Notes: generated by a model not told the origin, from the letters alone. Positions 9,433 through 19,455 are shown, numbered from the stretch's first letter. The stretch: 22,776 nucleotides of DNA from Promethearchaeota archaeon (GCA_016840085.1 JAEOTA010000061.1:1-22776), one strand, 5' to 3'. Numbers and translations are program-made.

Positions 9433-10119
9433 CTAAATTTTCCATTTATCAATTGCGTTATCAAATTCAGTTGTATAGCCGGTATGCGCTGTGAACAACA
9501 TCTTCACATTTTCTAACTTAGCGACTTTTCTTATTGATTCAAGTAATTGGTCAAAGTCTGCGCTAATAAGTTTGAAAAAAGGTTTGACCTTACCTGCTTT
9601 CAATCTAAGTAAGTCGCCACTGAAGAGGTATTCATTATCTATGAGATAGCAAGTATGTCCAAGTCTATGCCCTGGAGTACTTATAGCTTGAACTTTTATT
9701 GCGCCAACCAGAATGAGCTCATTATTTACCACAAATTTGTAATTATCGTGATGTTGTACCTTCGAATCTTTTCCAAAATAAATTTGTGCCGTACTAAAGA
9801 TTGAAAGGCCACCGATATGATCTGGATCAGAATGTGTGATAAAGACATCTGTAATTTTTTCGGGAATAATATCCATTTTCATTAGTTCTTTTTTCATGCC
9901 TTTTGTAGAAAAACCTGCATCTACAACAACCCTATCAGTACCCTTGGTGTAAATATAAACATTAGCAATTCTATTTTTGATACATACAATATTTTCAGAA
10001 ATATTGCCTGTGGGAGAAAGAGGGAAATTTAATTTATACAGCCAATAAAACACAATCACTATTATAATTAGGATTCCCACTACAATAATTAATATGAAGT
10101 ACCATTCCATAAATATCAT
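9433..10119 (-). CDS. MBL-fold metallo-hydrolase with N-terminal membrane anchor
   Basis: A TM helix spans residues ~5-28. Motifs are VVDAG, THSDPDHIGG, TPGHRLGH, FSGD and TAH. Confidence 0.88.
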   Translation of the reverse strand: MIFMEWYFILIIVVGILIIIVIVFYWLYKLNFPLSPTGNISENIVCIKNRIANVYIYTKGTDRVVVDAGFSTKGMKKELMKMDIIPEKITDVFITHSDPDHIGGLSIFSTAQIYFGKDSKVQHHDNYKFVVNNELILVGAIKVQAISTPGHRLGHTCYLIDNEYLFSGDLLRLKAGKVKPFFKLISADFDQLLESIRKVAKLENVKMLFTAHTGYTTEFDNAIDKWKI

Positions 10120-10210
10120 CTAATTGAATGATTTTTGAACTTATTAATGTTTTGCAGAATTAACGCATCATAAATGGTGTCGCTTTCTTGAATTCCTCTT
10201 AGGTATACAT

Positions 10211-11269
10211 TTAATTTAGTGAGATTTTGGTAAATGGATTATGATGAGGACTTCCTTTAGTAATATGCATCACTTCCTGGTTCAGATCCATCAAAATTGT
10301 GCATATGGTGCCAACTTTTTCCATTACTCTACCAGGGATATATTTTCTACATATTGGTAATTCAGAATCAGTATCATCCAATAATATACTTTTCATAAGC
10401 TCTAATGACTGGGTTCGGTAACTTTTTGCCAAATTGCTTGCGATTTTGTATCGATTAAATGAGCTAAGTAATAATTCTGGTTTTGAATTTAGTTTTTCAT
10501 TCTTCAAAAAATGGTTAGTATGCACAAAATGATTATTTTCAGCATCTAAAAGATAGACTTCACTGCCTCCAAATTCAATATCCTGGTATTTTCCGTTTTT
10601 ATCACCCATTAATATATTCCCAGATCGACCTTTACCCACATTCTTAGCTAAATCTTTGGCTTCTTCAATAGATTTACTATCTAACATGGCACGAAGAATA
10701 ATATGAATTGGTAATCCCTTTAATTCTTCGTCTACATGAAGGAAATTTAAACAAACTCCTAAACCTGAATTATTAAAACCAATTTTACCAATCATCCCCG
10801 GTTCGGTTACTTGAATTATTTTGTGACCATCTGGTTTGGTCAATCTCATAATAAAGGCTAATTTTTCAAAATCTGCAGCCCAATCCCAGTTTTGACCTAG
10901 AATCCGTGGATTTTTGAAGTATAATGCAGTACACTCAGTACTCACATTCTCCATATTTGACATAATTTCACTTCTTGAATTAATTGCATAAATCCATAGA
11001 GGATCTACATCCGATGCTTCTGCAATTGATTCAATTTCAACTGAATAATCTGAATTATAAGCATGAATTATATTTTTAAAATTTCTAGCTGAATTTAAAA
11101 TATACTTTCTATTACTCTCCCGACCATCTTCATCTAATTTCTTGGTTACATCACTATAAAATTCAATTACTCGGTGTATTCTGTTTTTCAATAATTTTCC
11201 ATGTTGTGCCCCTATTTCTTCAGGAATCCCAGTTACATCTACCACCGGAAATTTTTCTTCCACATCCAT
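10211..11269 (-). CDS. C45 family autoproteolytic acyltransferase/peptidase (Ntn hydrolase)
   Basis: Motifs include G.PEEIGAQHG, the nucleophile context TECTAL, GQNWDW, GKIGFNNSGLGVCLN and VHTNHF. Confidence 0.9.
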   Translation of the reverse strand: MDVEEKFPVVDVTGIPEEIGAQHGKLLKNRIHRVIEFYSDVTKKLDEDGRESNRKYILNSARNFKNIIHAYNSDYSVEIESIAEASDVDPLWIYAINSRSEIMSNMENVSTECTALYFKNPRILGQNWDWAADFEKLAFIMRLTKPDGHKIIQVTEPGMIGKIGFNNSGLGVCLNFLHVDEELKGLPIHIILRAMLDSKSIEEAKDLAKNVGKGRSGNILMGDKNGKYQDIEFGGSEVYLLDAENNHFVHTNHFLKNEKLNSKPELLLSSFNRYKIASNLAKSYRTQSLELMKSILLDDTDSELPICRKYIPGRVMEKVGTICTILMDLNQEVMHITKGSPHHNPFTKISLN

Positions 11270-11359
11270 TGTAATGCTTGACGATTAATTAAATTAATTG
11301 CGTGTACAAATTAATGATATAGGTTTAGTCTAATATTATTGCAAATTAGTTAAACATTA

Positions 11360-11602
11360 TTATCCTCTCCAAATAATACCCTTCTCTTTATACCGCTTAC
11401 AATCTTCAAAAACCGCCCTACAATGTATCGGAATTGCCCTAATGTGAGCAGAATCGACATTCCAACGCTTCACATAGAAAGGACATAATTGGTCTCTAGC
11501 CCATTGATAAAACTTTTCTTCATATTTTCCTTCCCAAAAGAAGTCGTCCCATAATTTTTTACTGACTTCTTTCCTTTTCGCTTCTTTAACCTCATCTAAC
11601 AC
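11360..11602 (-). CDS. Hypothetical protein with three Cys
   Basis: An 80-aa ORF with a GTG start that fills an intergenic gap. It has protein-like composition and the pattern CPFY...HC...C..Y. Confidence 0.5.
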   Translation of the reverse strand: MLDEVKEAKRKEVSKKLWDDFFWEGKYEEKFYQWARDQLCPFYVKRWNVDSAHIRAIPIHCRAVFEDCKRYKEKGIIWRG

Positions 11603-11732
11603 GAACTCATACTATGTTGTTATGTATTTATCAATATTCATAGAAAAAATCATAAATAATCTAATATTTTGAACATTATAAAGAAATGAAGAGACAATTT
11701 GTTGTTATATTGTCTAAGAATTGATAGAAAAA

Positions 11733-13316
11733 ATGAGTAATTCAGTTATTAAAATTGTTGATTTATTTTACAATCCAAAATCAGTTGCAGTTATTGGTGC
11801 TTCAAAGGTTTCTATGAAAGGTGGAAACCGTATAGTTAATAATCTACACTCAAATGGCTACAAAGGTCAGATTTATCCTGTTAATCCCAACTATAATGAA
11901 GAAGATGAACTATGTGGTTTCAAATTTAAGAGATCTGTTTTAGATATTGAGGGGGAGGTAGATCTTGCCATTTTTTATGTAAACAATCGTATTGTAACTA
12001 ATATTCTAAAAGATTGTGTCAAGAAAGGAATAAAAGCGGCCATAATACAAAGTGCTGGATTTGAGGAAGTGGGAGTAGAAGGGTTAAAATTAAGGGATGA
12101 AATTGCAGCTATTACAGAAAATTTCTCCAAGTTACATATTATTGGTCCTAATTGTATGGGAATCAGTCGGTTCGATGGGGATTATGATGATAAAAAAGGA
12201 GGTTTCTTCACTGGACAATTTACTCTAACTAATTATAAAAGAGGTAATGCTGCGATCATCACCCAAAGTGGTTTCTTGAATGGCGGAATAGCACCACTAA
12301 TTTTTCGTCAGTACCCAAATCTTGGATTTAGGTACATTGTTTCAATTGGAAACAAGATGGACTTGGGAGAAAATGAATTTTTAGAATATATATTAAAAGA
12401 TGATACTGTGAACGTCATTGCAATATATTTAGAGTCATTTAAAGATCCTAAAAAATTCATCTCTTTATGTAGAAAAGCAAAACAATTACCCAAAAAAACT
12501 ATTATCCTTGTAAAAGGTGGAAAAACAAGCCAAGGGATGAAAGCAGCTTCTAGTCACACAGGTGCTTTAGTTGAAGATGAAAGATTAATTGATGCTATTA
12601 TTAAACAAGCAGGAGTTATTCAAGCAAATAATTTTTTTGAAATGTTCCAATTTCTGAGAACGTTTTCTATGATGTATAAATCCGGTAAAAAATTCCCTAG
12701 AAAGGGAAATATCGCCCTTGTTGTTGGGAGTGGAGGTATGGGAACTATAATGGGAGACATTGCTATGAAATACGGTTTAAAGTTCCCTGAATTTAGTGAG
12801 AATAGTTATAACATTCTCAAAAGTGTATTCCCTAATTGGATGCCTCCAAATCGATTTGCTCTCGTTGATTCTTGGCCTACAATGGAAAAAGCAATGATGG
12901 ATGCAGCCAAAAAAGCCAAAAGTACTGCTAAAAAGTCAACTAAAAAAAATGCTATAAATGAAAAAGAAAGGAATCCATTTCGTATGATGGGTTCTTTTGG
13001 AAATGTTATGGACGTAATTCAAAGAGCTGTTTTAGAAGAACCTAACATAGAAGGATTGTTTATATCAATGCCAGGTGGTCCAAGAGGACGTGAAAGTACA
13101 ATGGATTTTATGACACCAATGCTAAAACGCATAGCAAAATACCCGAAACCCGTTTTCTTTTATTCAATGATGGAAAGTGAGGGATCTTTAGAAATGTTAC
13201 GGTTATGTGGCAAGTATAATATTCCTTTATTTACTAGAACAGAAGATATTGCCAAGAATTTTGCGATTTTGGTTCAGGAAACAAAGAATAAAGAAAGATT
13301 TTCAAAAACATCTTAA
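11733..13316 (+). CDS. Acyl-CoA synthetase (NDP-forming) alpha-subunit-like CoA-binding protein
   Basis: Motifs include FYNPKSVAVIGAS, IYPVNP, IIGPNCMG, ITQSG, SIGNKMDL and the phospho-His motif ASSHTGAL. There is no ATP-grasp domain. ATG 11733 is preferred over TTG 11721. Confidence 0.9.
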   Translation: MSNSVIKIVDLFYNPKSVAVIGASKVSMKGGNRIVNNLHSNGYKGQIYPVNPNYNEEDELCGFKFKRSVLDIEGEVDLAIFYVNNRIVTNILKDCVKKGIKAAIIQSAGFEEVGVEGLKLRDEIAAITENFSKLHIIGPNCMGISRFDGDYDDKKGGFFTGQFTLTNYKRGNAAIITQSGFLNGGIAPLIFRQYPNLGFRYIVSIGNKMDLGENEFLEYILKDDTVNVIAIYLESFKDPKKFISLCRKAKQLPKKTIILVKGGKTSQGMKAASSHTGALVEDERLIDAIIKQAGVIQANNFFEMFQFLRTFSMMYKSGKKFPRKGNIALVVGSGGMGTIMGDIAMKYGLKFPEFSENSYNILKSVFPNWMPPNRFALVDSWPTMEKAMMDAAKKAKSTAKKSTKKNAINEKERNPFRMMGSFGNVMDVIQRAVLEEPNIEGLFISMPGGPRGRESTMDFMTPMLKRIAKYPKPVFFYSMMESEGSLEMLRLCGKYNIPLFTRTEDIAKNFAILVQETKNKERFSKTS

Positions 13317-13393
13317 TCATAAAGTTCGAAAAAATTATATTACTAAGTTTGAACATACTAAATTTACGGAGAGGCTATACAACACAACAATCA

Positions 13394-13423
13394 TTTGGTA
13401 ACTTCTCGAGAAATTTTACCAAA
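13394..13423. other. Intergenic inverted repeat between convergent genes
   Basis: The arms TTTGGTAA...TTACCAAA enclose the palindrome TTCTCGAGAA. Confidence 0.5.
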
Positions 13424-13550
13424 CAAGCCAAGTTCCTGAATTGAAGGATTATCTACCTCTAGAATCCCTCATAGCAGAGATTTTTATTAACATAATTCCT
13501 GAACTTTGAATTAACCTTTCCATTTAATAAATTTTAAAAATATCAAAATA

Positions 13551-14117
13551 TTAGTATCGCAACCTTTCTTTGCCTATTGTAGAATGACCACCGTGACCTG
13601 GGTATATTTTGAACTCATCTGAAATTTTAGGATAATATAATATTTTTCTAATACTAGCCATCAAATTATTATAATTTATTAGTTGCCTTGGGATTCTGCC
13701 ACGCAATAGAGTATCTCCAGTAAAGATGAGCTTATTTTTATAATCTATCAGCATTATGTCATTTGTAGTGTGACCTGGTGTTTCAATTACATGAAGATGC
13801 TCTCTTCCTATTTCGATTACATCATTTTGTTTGATAAAATGTACATTTTCAACTTTTTTTATCCCAAAATTATTGATCAATAATGGAATATTAAAATAAT
13901 CCATGATATCAATGGCACATTGAATATGGTCATGGTGTGCATGAGTACCTATTAAATAAACCGGTTTATATCCTTCTCTTTTAATAACGCTTTTAACATC
14001 GTTTGAATCAATCCCGGGATCAATAATACCAACCTCTTTTGTACTTTCATCCCCAAAAAGATAACAATTAGTTCTGAATCTACCACTTACGACTAACCGA
14101 TTTAAAATAATAATCAT
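13551..14117 (-). CDS. MBL-fold metallo-hydrolase (glyoxalase II-like)
   Basis: Motifs are TNCYL, IIDPG, THAHHDHI, ETPGHT, FTGDTL and IYPGHG. Confidence 0.92.
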   Translation of the reverse strand: MIIILNRLVVSGRFRTNCYLFGDESTKEVGIIDPGIDSNDVKSVIKREGYKPVYLIGTHAHHDHIQCAIDIMDYFNIPLLINNFGIKKVENVHFIKQNDVIEIGREHLHVIETPGHTTNDIMLIDYKNKLIFTGDTLLRGRIPRQLINYNNLMASIRKILYYPKISDEFKIYPGHGGHSTIGKERLRY

Positions 14118-14385
14118 TCACCGATTCATTCGATATTTATAATTTAAAGTAACTATACCCAAAACAAATAGTTTTTTCGAAATTAAAAATTATTCAAAAT
14201 TATAGGAAATTACTTTTTCACGTTTTTATTGGTGAAAATTGATATGAGGTCATATTCATATATTTCTAAATATCGTCTTAATCCAAAGTATTAAAAAAAT
14301 AAAAAGAAAAGAGTCAATTATAGGAATTGTAATAGATACAATTGACCATAAACGGTTCTTAACCTTAATTTAAAGTGTAGATAAT

Positions 14386-15126
14386 TCACCTAAATATTAA
14401 TCTTACATTCTTATTCCTTTGTCCGTGATAACGGAATAAAGTATTTACACCCATAATTTCTAAAGCTGTATTGAGAGTGGTTTTTCCATGTAAAACACCA
14501 TTTGGGGGTACATCAGCCAATCTGGTCGCAATCTCTTTGACCTTCTCTTCAAGCTGTTCTCTGGGCACACTTAAGCTTACTAAGCCTATTCGCTCTGCTT
14601 CTATTCCATTAATCGTTAGCCCTGTCATTAAAAGATACCGAGCCTTTTTAACTCCTAGATATACTTGCCATAGTGGCATGCTTGTCGAGAAACCTCCACG
14701 GGTAGCTGGATGTCCTAGATTTGCATTATCTGCCGCTATTGAAATATCACACAGCAGCTGTAAGTAACACCCCGCTGCAAGACAATGTCCATGGATTTGG
14801 GCAAGAGTTGGTTTCGGAAAGTTCCAAATGCGTATATATTTTGCATATATTTTTTTTTCTAAGATGTCATACAGCTTTCTATACGTCCATCCACCCTCTG
14901 GTGGTGTTGTATAGTATGAACCTCCTAAATCGTATCCCGAACAGAAACTTTTGCCATTTCCCTTTAATACAATAGCATTTACCGATTTATCTGCTTCAGC
15001 ATGATCAAAGACGGCATCTAAATCATCAAGCATCTGGTAATTCATCGCATTATGTTTTTCAGGTCTATTTAAGGTGATATATCCGATTTTGTTTTTCGCT
15101 TCATAAAGAATGGTCTCAAAACTCAT
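14386..15126 (-). CDS. Enoyl-CoA hydratase/isomerase (crotonase) family protein
   Basis: Motifs include ITLNRPEKHNA, FCSGYDL, PKPTLAQIHGHCLAAG and EAERIGLV. Confidence 0.92.
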   Translation of the reverse strand: MSFETILYEAKNKIGYITLNRPEKHNAMNYQMLDDLDAVFDHAEADKSVNAIVLKGNGKSFCSGYDLGGSYYTTPPEGGWTYRKLYDILEKKIYAKYIRIWNFPKPTLAQIHGHCLAAGCYLQLLCDISIAADNANLGHPATRGGFSTSMPLWQVYLGVKKARYLLMTGLTINGIEAERIGLVSLSVPREQLEEKVKEIATRLADVPPNGVLHGKTTLNTALEIMGVNTLFRYHGQRNKNVRLIFR

Positions 15127-15424
15127 TTTTTAATCACCAATACTTATTTTAACTTTTTCAGTAATATAATTTGGGTTTAGTAAGAGAAAATCTCGGTTTT
15201 AAATGTTGATTGTCTTAGTTTCTTTTTTTCACTAAATTCTCATCGAAATTAGGCTCTGAACATGCCTTTCCAGAACATTTGAAGTTAATATTTTTTTTCA
15301 TTCTTTTTTAATAGAAATGCAATTAGACGCCTTTGAGTGTCAAATAAATAATATCATGGCAAATTATAATAAACAAATAAATTATTTTAACCATGTTTTA
15401 TTATAAAGAAATGAGTTGGTTATT

Positions 15425-16252
15425 ATGTCAAAAATAGATATAGATTCAGTAGGACAAACAAGAGAGGGAATATTTGAGTATGATTGGAAAATGAGTGCCT
15501 TGTATAATTTGTGTGTTGGTGCACAAGCAGAAGATTTATCCTTTGTTTATGAGAGGGCACAGGGTGGTATGAAAGTGTTTCCGAGTTTTGCAACGATAGT
15601 AGCAGGCAGCGGAATGATTTTCCCAAAAGGAACTGATTTTGTTCGATTATTACATGGTGAGCAATTAATTCGTCTTTATGCACCTTTTAAACCAAGTGGA
15701 AAAATAAATACAAAAGGTGTCATAGAACATATATACGATAAAGGTAAAGCTGCTGTCATACATATAAAAATATCCGGACATTCACCAGAAGGCGAGCATA
15801 TATTTGATACAAAATATGTATATTTCGTTGGTGGTTCAGGAGGTTTCGGTGGAGACCCAGGACCAAAAACTGAGCCCATAATTCCTCCCGAGGGTGTAGA
15901 ACCAGATTTTAGTAGTTCCTATCAGACCAGTTCAAATCAAGCAGCATTTTATAGACTAAATGGAGATCTTAATCCATTACACATAGATCCGAATTTTGCT
16001 AAAATGGCACGTCAACCAAAACCAATCCTTCATGGTTTATGTACATACGGGATTGCTACACGTGCTATTTTGTATGAATTATGTGATAGGGATGTTTCTC
16101 GCTTTAAAGAATTCAGTGCAAGATTTACAGGTGTCGTGTTTCCTGGAGAAACTCTTATAACCGAAGGCTGGAAGGATAATGGACGTTATATAATTCAACT
16201 TAGAAAGGATAACACCGTAGTCCTAGGGAATTCTTATGCCATTGTAGAGTAA
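15425..16252 (+). CDS. MaoC/hydratase-2 type (R)-specific enoyl-CoA hydratase (double hot-dog)
   Basis: It has LLHGEQ, the catalytic motif YRLNGDLNPLHIDP, PILHGLCTYG and ARFTGVVFPGETL. ATG 15425 is preferred as start. Confidence 0.92.
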   Translation: MSKIDIDSVGQTREGIFEYDWKMSALYNLCVGAQAEDLSFVYERAQGGMKVFPSFATIVAGSGMIFPKGTDFVRLLHGEQLIRLYAPFKPSGKINTKGVIEHIYDKGKAAVIHIKISGHSPEGEHIFDTKYVYFVGGSGGFGGDPGPKTEPIIPPEGVEPDFSSSYQTSSNQAAFYRLNGDLNPLHIDPNFAKMARQPKPILHGLCTYGIATRAILYELCDRDVSRFKEFSARFTGVVFPGETLITEGWKDNGRYIIQLRKDNTVVLGNSYAIVE

Positions 16253-16813
16253 ATAATATTTTTAAAATTTTTATTTTAATTTTTTATTTATTTCTAAAAA
16301 AGAAGGAAAAAGCTTAGGGGCGTAAAAAAGTTAGTTATTCCCTATATGTGAGCTTTTATTTTTTATAGGTAGCTATTGAAGATTATAAAGAGATAGGGAA
16401 ATCGAAACGCGAAAGAAATAAAATAAGATCAATTATAACGATTGTCTTAGATATTTCACCTTTTCGATGCTACTTTTAGGAGTTCATAATTTTAGTTTAG
16501 TACTTTCATAGGAATTTTCATTGAAATCAAACTCTGAATTTACCTTTCCATCCTAATTTCATAGGAAATTGGGACAAAATTTAAAAATGTTCGAACCTTG
16601 TGGCTCTTAAAACGGAGGAAAAGACAAATGAGCGAAAAATCTAAACCACTCATAGTGGAGACAACAACTTTCCTCACGAGTGGAATATTTTCAACTCACC
16701 TTTATTGCGATCTGATCGAGGAGAAGCCAACGTTTTCAACAGATTATGTGTTCAAAATGATAATTATTTCGTATGTTTTCATAAAAAGAGTTCACTGAAC
16801 TCATATATCAAGC

Positions 16814-17446
16814 TTACCTTGGTTTTCTTAACATACACCAAAGAGGAACATCGGATTTAGGGATTATTTCATGTTCAAGTATTTCAAATCCATATTTTTG
16901 GTAAATTGACACGTTTTTTTCCGTATTAGTTTCTAAATAAATGGGTAACCCATCGCTCTCAATTTTTTTAATCATAGTACTTATCAGTAGCCCTCCGTAT
17001 CCTTTCCCTTGTTCTTCTGGCTTAACGGCAATATTTTGAAGATACCAATGGTCGTATGGTACAAGATGCTTATGTCTCTCTTCTTCATACTTAAGAATCG
17101 TCATAGTTCTTTTCATTGCTTTTATTTTTAAACCTACTTTACGCATTGTATAAAAACCACCATATCTCATCATAGTCCAGGTAGATGGATAAAGTTTCCC
17201 AAGGGGAAGCCATATTGTAATTCCTTCTAAGTTCTTAGAGGTTGCAAAAGTTAGTCCATGTTTTATTCCGTAATTATAGAGCATATAAAATCCATATTGT
17301 AGTTTTTCCTTTCTTTCTTTCTCATCTGGATATGTAAATATCGTGACGGGATCATTTTGAAAAGCACTACCTGCTACTTGGATTGCCTTTTCAACATACT
17401 CCGGTGTTAATTTAAAAAGATTATTTAAATCATTATTCGCATTCAT
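16814..17446 (-). CDS. GNAT family N-acetyltransferase
   Basis: It has the acetyl-CoA motif HWYLQNIAVKPEEQGKGYGG and IYLETNTEKNVSIYQKYGF. ATG 17446 is more likely than TTG 17491. Confidence 0.9.
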   Translation of the reverse strand: MNANNDLNNLFKLTPEYVEKAIQVAGSAFQNDPVTIFTYPDEKERKEKLQYGFYMLYNYGIKHGLTFATSKNLEGITIWLPLGKLYPSTWTMMRYGGFYTMRKVGLKIKAMKRTMTILKYEEERHKHLVPYDHWYLQNIAVKPEEQGKGYGGLLISTMIKKIESDGLPIYLETNTEKNVSIYQKYGFEILEHEIIPKSDVPLWCMLRKPR

Positions 17447-17783
17447 AATAGAATATAAAAAAAAGTCGATTATAAAAAATTTGTAGACCAATAAATTATT
17501 AGAGATAAATTCTCTCTCTTATATTATAATAGAATTATGTATATAAATCCATTTGTGTTCTTTTCAATTAAACTTGGATTTATCCCATTCTGAAATAAAT
17601 TAAATAGAAGATGATCTAAAAGGCAATTTTAAGAAATCATATTGAATAATGTTTAGGTAGTTTTTTATTTGATTAATTGGAATATTCTTTACAGTATACT
17701 TTTATGAGTTGTTTATGTATTTTATATTGCTTGATACGTTTATATTAATATGAATTATCATATTTGTTCTAAGATGGTCAGAT

Positions 17784-18695
17784 ATGGGTAAAATAAAGTT
17801 TGGAGTAACTATAAATGCTGCACCAGAAATGCAATACAGATCTGATTACAATTCAATTAAAAAAATAGCACAGGAATGTGAAAGATTGGGTTACAACTCT
17901 CTTTGGGCTATGGATCACCTTTTGTGGGGAATAAATAATGAGGGGAGCGTTTTCGAAGTGTGGGCACTGCTTTCTGCCTTAGCTGTGGAAACTAAATCCA
18001 TCAAGCTCGGACCATTGGTGGCATGCAATTCTTTTAGAAACCCCACACTGACAGCTAAAATTGCATCCACAATTGATATTATCTCCAAGGGAAGACTGAT
18101 ATTTGGCTATGGTGCCGGTTGGAAGGAGGAAGAATACGAAGCTTATGGTTATCGATTCGGAGATCCAGTTACAAGAGTAAAACAAATGAGGGAAGGAATA
18201 ACACTAATAAAGAAGCTCTGGACTGAAGAAAAAACGACTTTCAAAGGAGATTTCTATGAAGCAAAAGACGCAATCTGCAACCCTAAGCCCGTGCAAAAAC
18301 CACATCCTCCCATCATGATTGGCGGGGGTGGAGAAAAGTATACACTAAAGGTCGCAGCCGAAATCGGAAATATCTGGAATGTTTGGGGTCCTAGCATAGA
18401 AGAATATAAAAGAAAGGTGAATTTTCTACAAAAATACTGCGATGAACTTGGGAGAAAAATGGATGATATAGATCTCTCATGGAGTGGTAACATTTTGATT
18501 GGAAAAAATGAAAAACAATTGAATAGAAAGATTAGTAGGTATGGAAAAGACATTAACTTTGTGTGTACCTATGACAACTGTATAGAAAGATTACAAGACT
18601 ACATTGACGTGGGTTGTAAAGAATTCATTTTTTCATTATATAGTTTTAATGAGGAAAAGGAGACCTTTATGGAAGAGATAGCTTCATCATTTTAG
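17784..18695 (+). CDS. LLM-class (probably F420-dependent) oxidoreductase
   Basis: Motifs include E.LGYNSLWAMDHL, FRNPTLTAK..STIDIISKGRL..GYGAGW...E and PKPVQKPHPPIMIGGGGEK.TLK.AA. Confidence 0.92.
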   Translation: MGKIKFGVTINAAPEMQYRSDYNSIKKIAQECERLGYNSLWAMDHLLWGINNEGSVFEVWALLSALAVETKSIKLGPLVACNSFRNPTLTAKIASTIDIISKGRLIFGYGAGWKEEEYEAYGYRFGDPVTRVKQMREGITLIKKLWTEEKTTFKGDFYEAKDAICNPKPVQKPHPPIMIGGGGEKYTLKVAAEIGNIWNVWGPSIEEYKRKVNFLQKYCDELGRKMDDIDLSWSGNILIGKNEKQLNRKISRYGKDINFVCTYDNCIERLQDYIDVGCKEFIFSLYSFNEEKETFMEEIASSF

Positions 18696-18899
18696 AAAAA
18701 AATAAAAAAAGTTCATCTACGCAGTGATAGGTATAGAAACAGTACTGTTAATTAGAAGTAAAATGAAAAGAATAAAATAACATTTTTTTTCGATGCCAGG
18801 AGATTTCAACTTGTTTTTAGGAGTATTTAGCTCTAATTAATTTATTTACCGATGGTTATATATTTTAACTAAGATATTGTTTCAACTGTAAGTTGAATT

Positions 18900-18927
18900 C
18901 TTATAAAAACTTATAAATTCTTATAAA
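18900..18927. repeat. Three CTTATAAA units at 10-bp period
   Basis: The units lie at 18900, 18910 and 18920 and are preceded by the inverted repeat TTCAACT-GTA-AGTTGAA (18881-18897). Confidence 0.55.
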
Positions 18928-19129
18928 AATCCAAAAAATTACATCTCTCGCTCAGTAAAAATAGAATAATACCCTTTTATATTATCAATTTAGTAAGAAA
19001 TAAAATGGGTGAGGAAAAAAACCAAAATAAATTGTTTATACCTTTCATTGATTTGAACGAAAATAATCATATTCACTTGACTCATTAAATCATTGATTCT
19101 TTATTCAAGTGAAAACTCGAAGGAGCTTC

Positions 19130-19455
19130 AAATTTAAGGAAAAATTTCCTGCCATTTGTAAATGGTTGCTCTCGCAAGTCGGGGATTCTGAGCCTCGTTT
19201 GAAAAAGAGCAGTCCCTCCGGCAAATGGTTCTAAATTTGTGTTTTTTCGAGTATTATGGGATAATTTCCTTCAAAACTTCGGAAATAGAACAAAAAGAGC
19301 TATTAATGAGGTATGTTTTGAACTCGGTGACGAGCATACAGTCTGATAACCTTAGGGCTGGTCTTTCTTAAAAAAGAAGAATTGATAATTAGAATAGAAA
19401 TTTAGATTTTTATAGAAATTTCTAAATTTTTATAAATAATTGTAAGGTTATGTTA
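19130..19455 (+). mobile_element. Decayed 3' end / right end of a TnpB-family element (relative of 22028-22354)
   Basis: It aligns by eye with the 3' end of the tnpB-like gene, e.g. FKEKFPAICKWLLSQVGD vs FKDAIPTIYKWLLAQVGD and RYVLNSVTSIQSDNLRAGLS vs KYVLNLVTSEQPDNLRVGLS. It contains stops and indels. Similarity continues past the stop codon to ...AAGGTT(A/C)TGTTA. Weaker similarity may extend back to ~19035. Confidence 0.88.
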
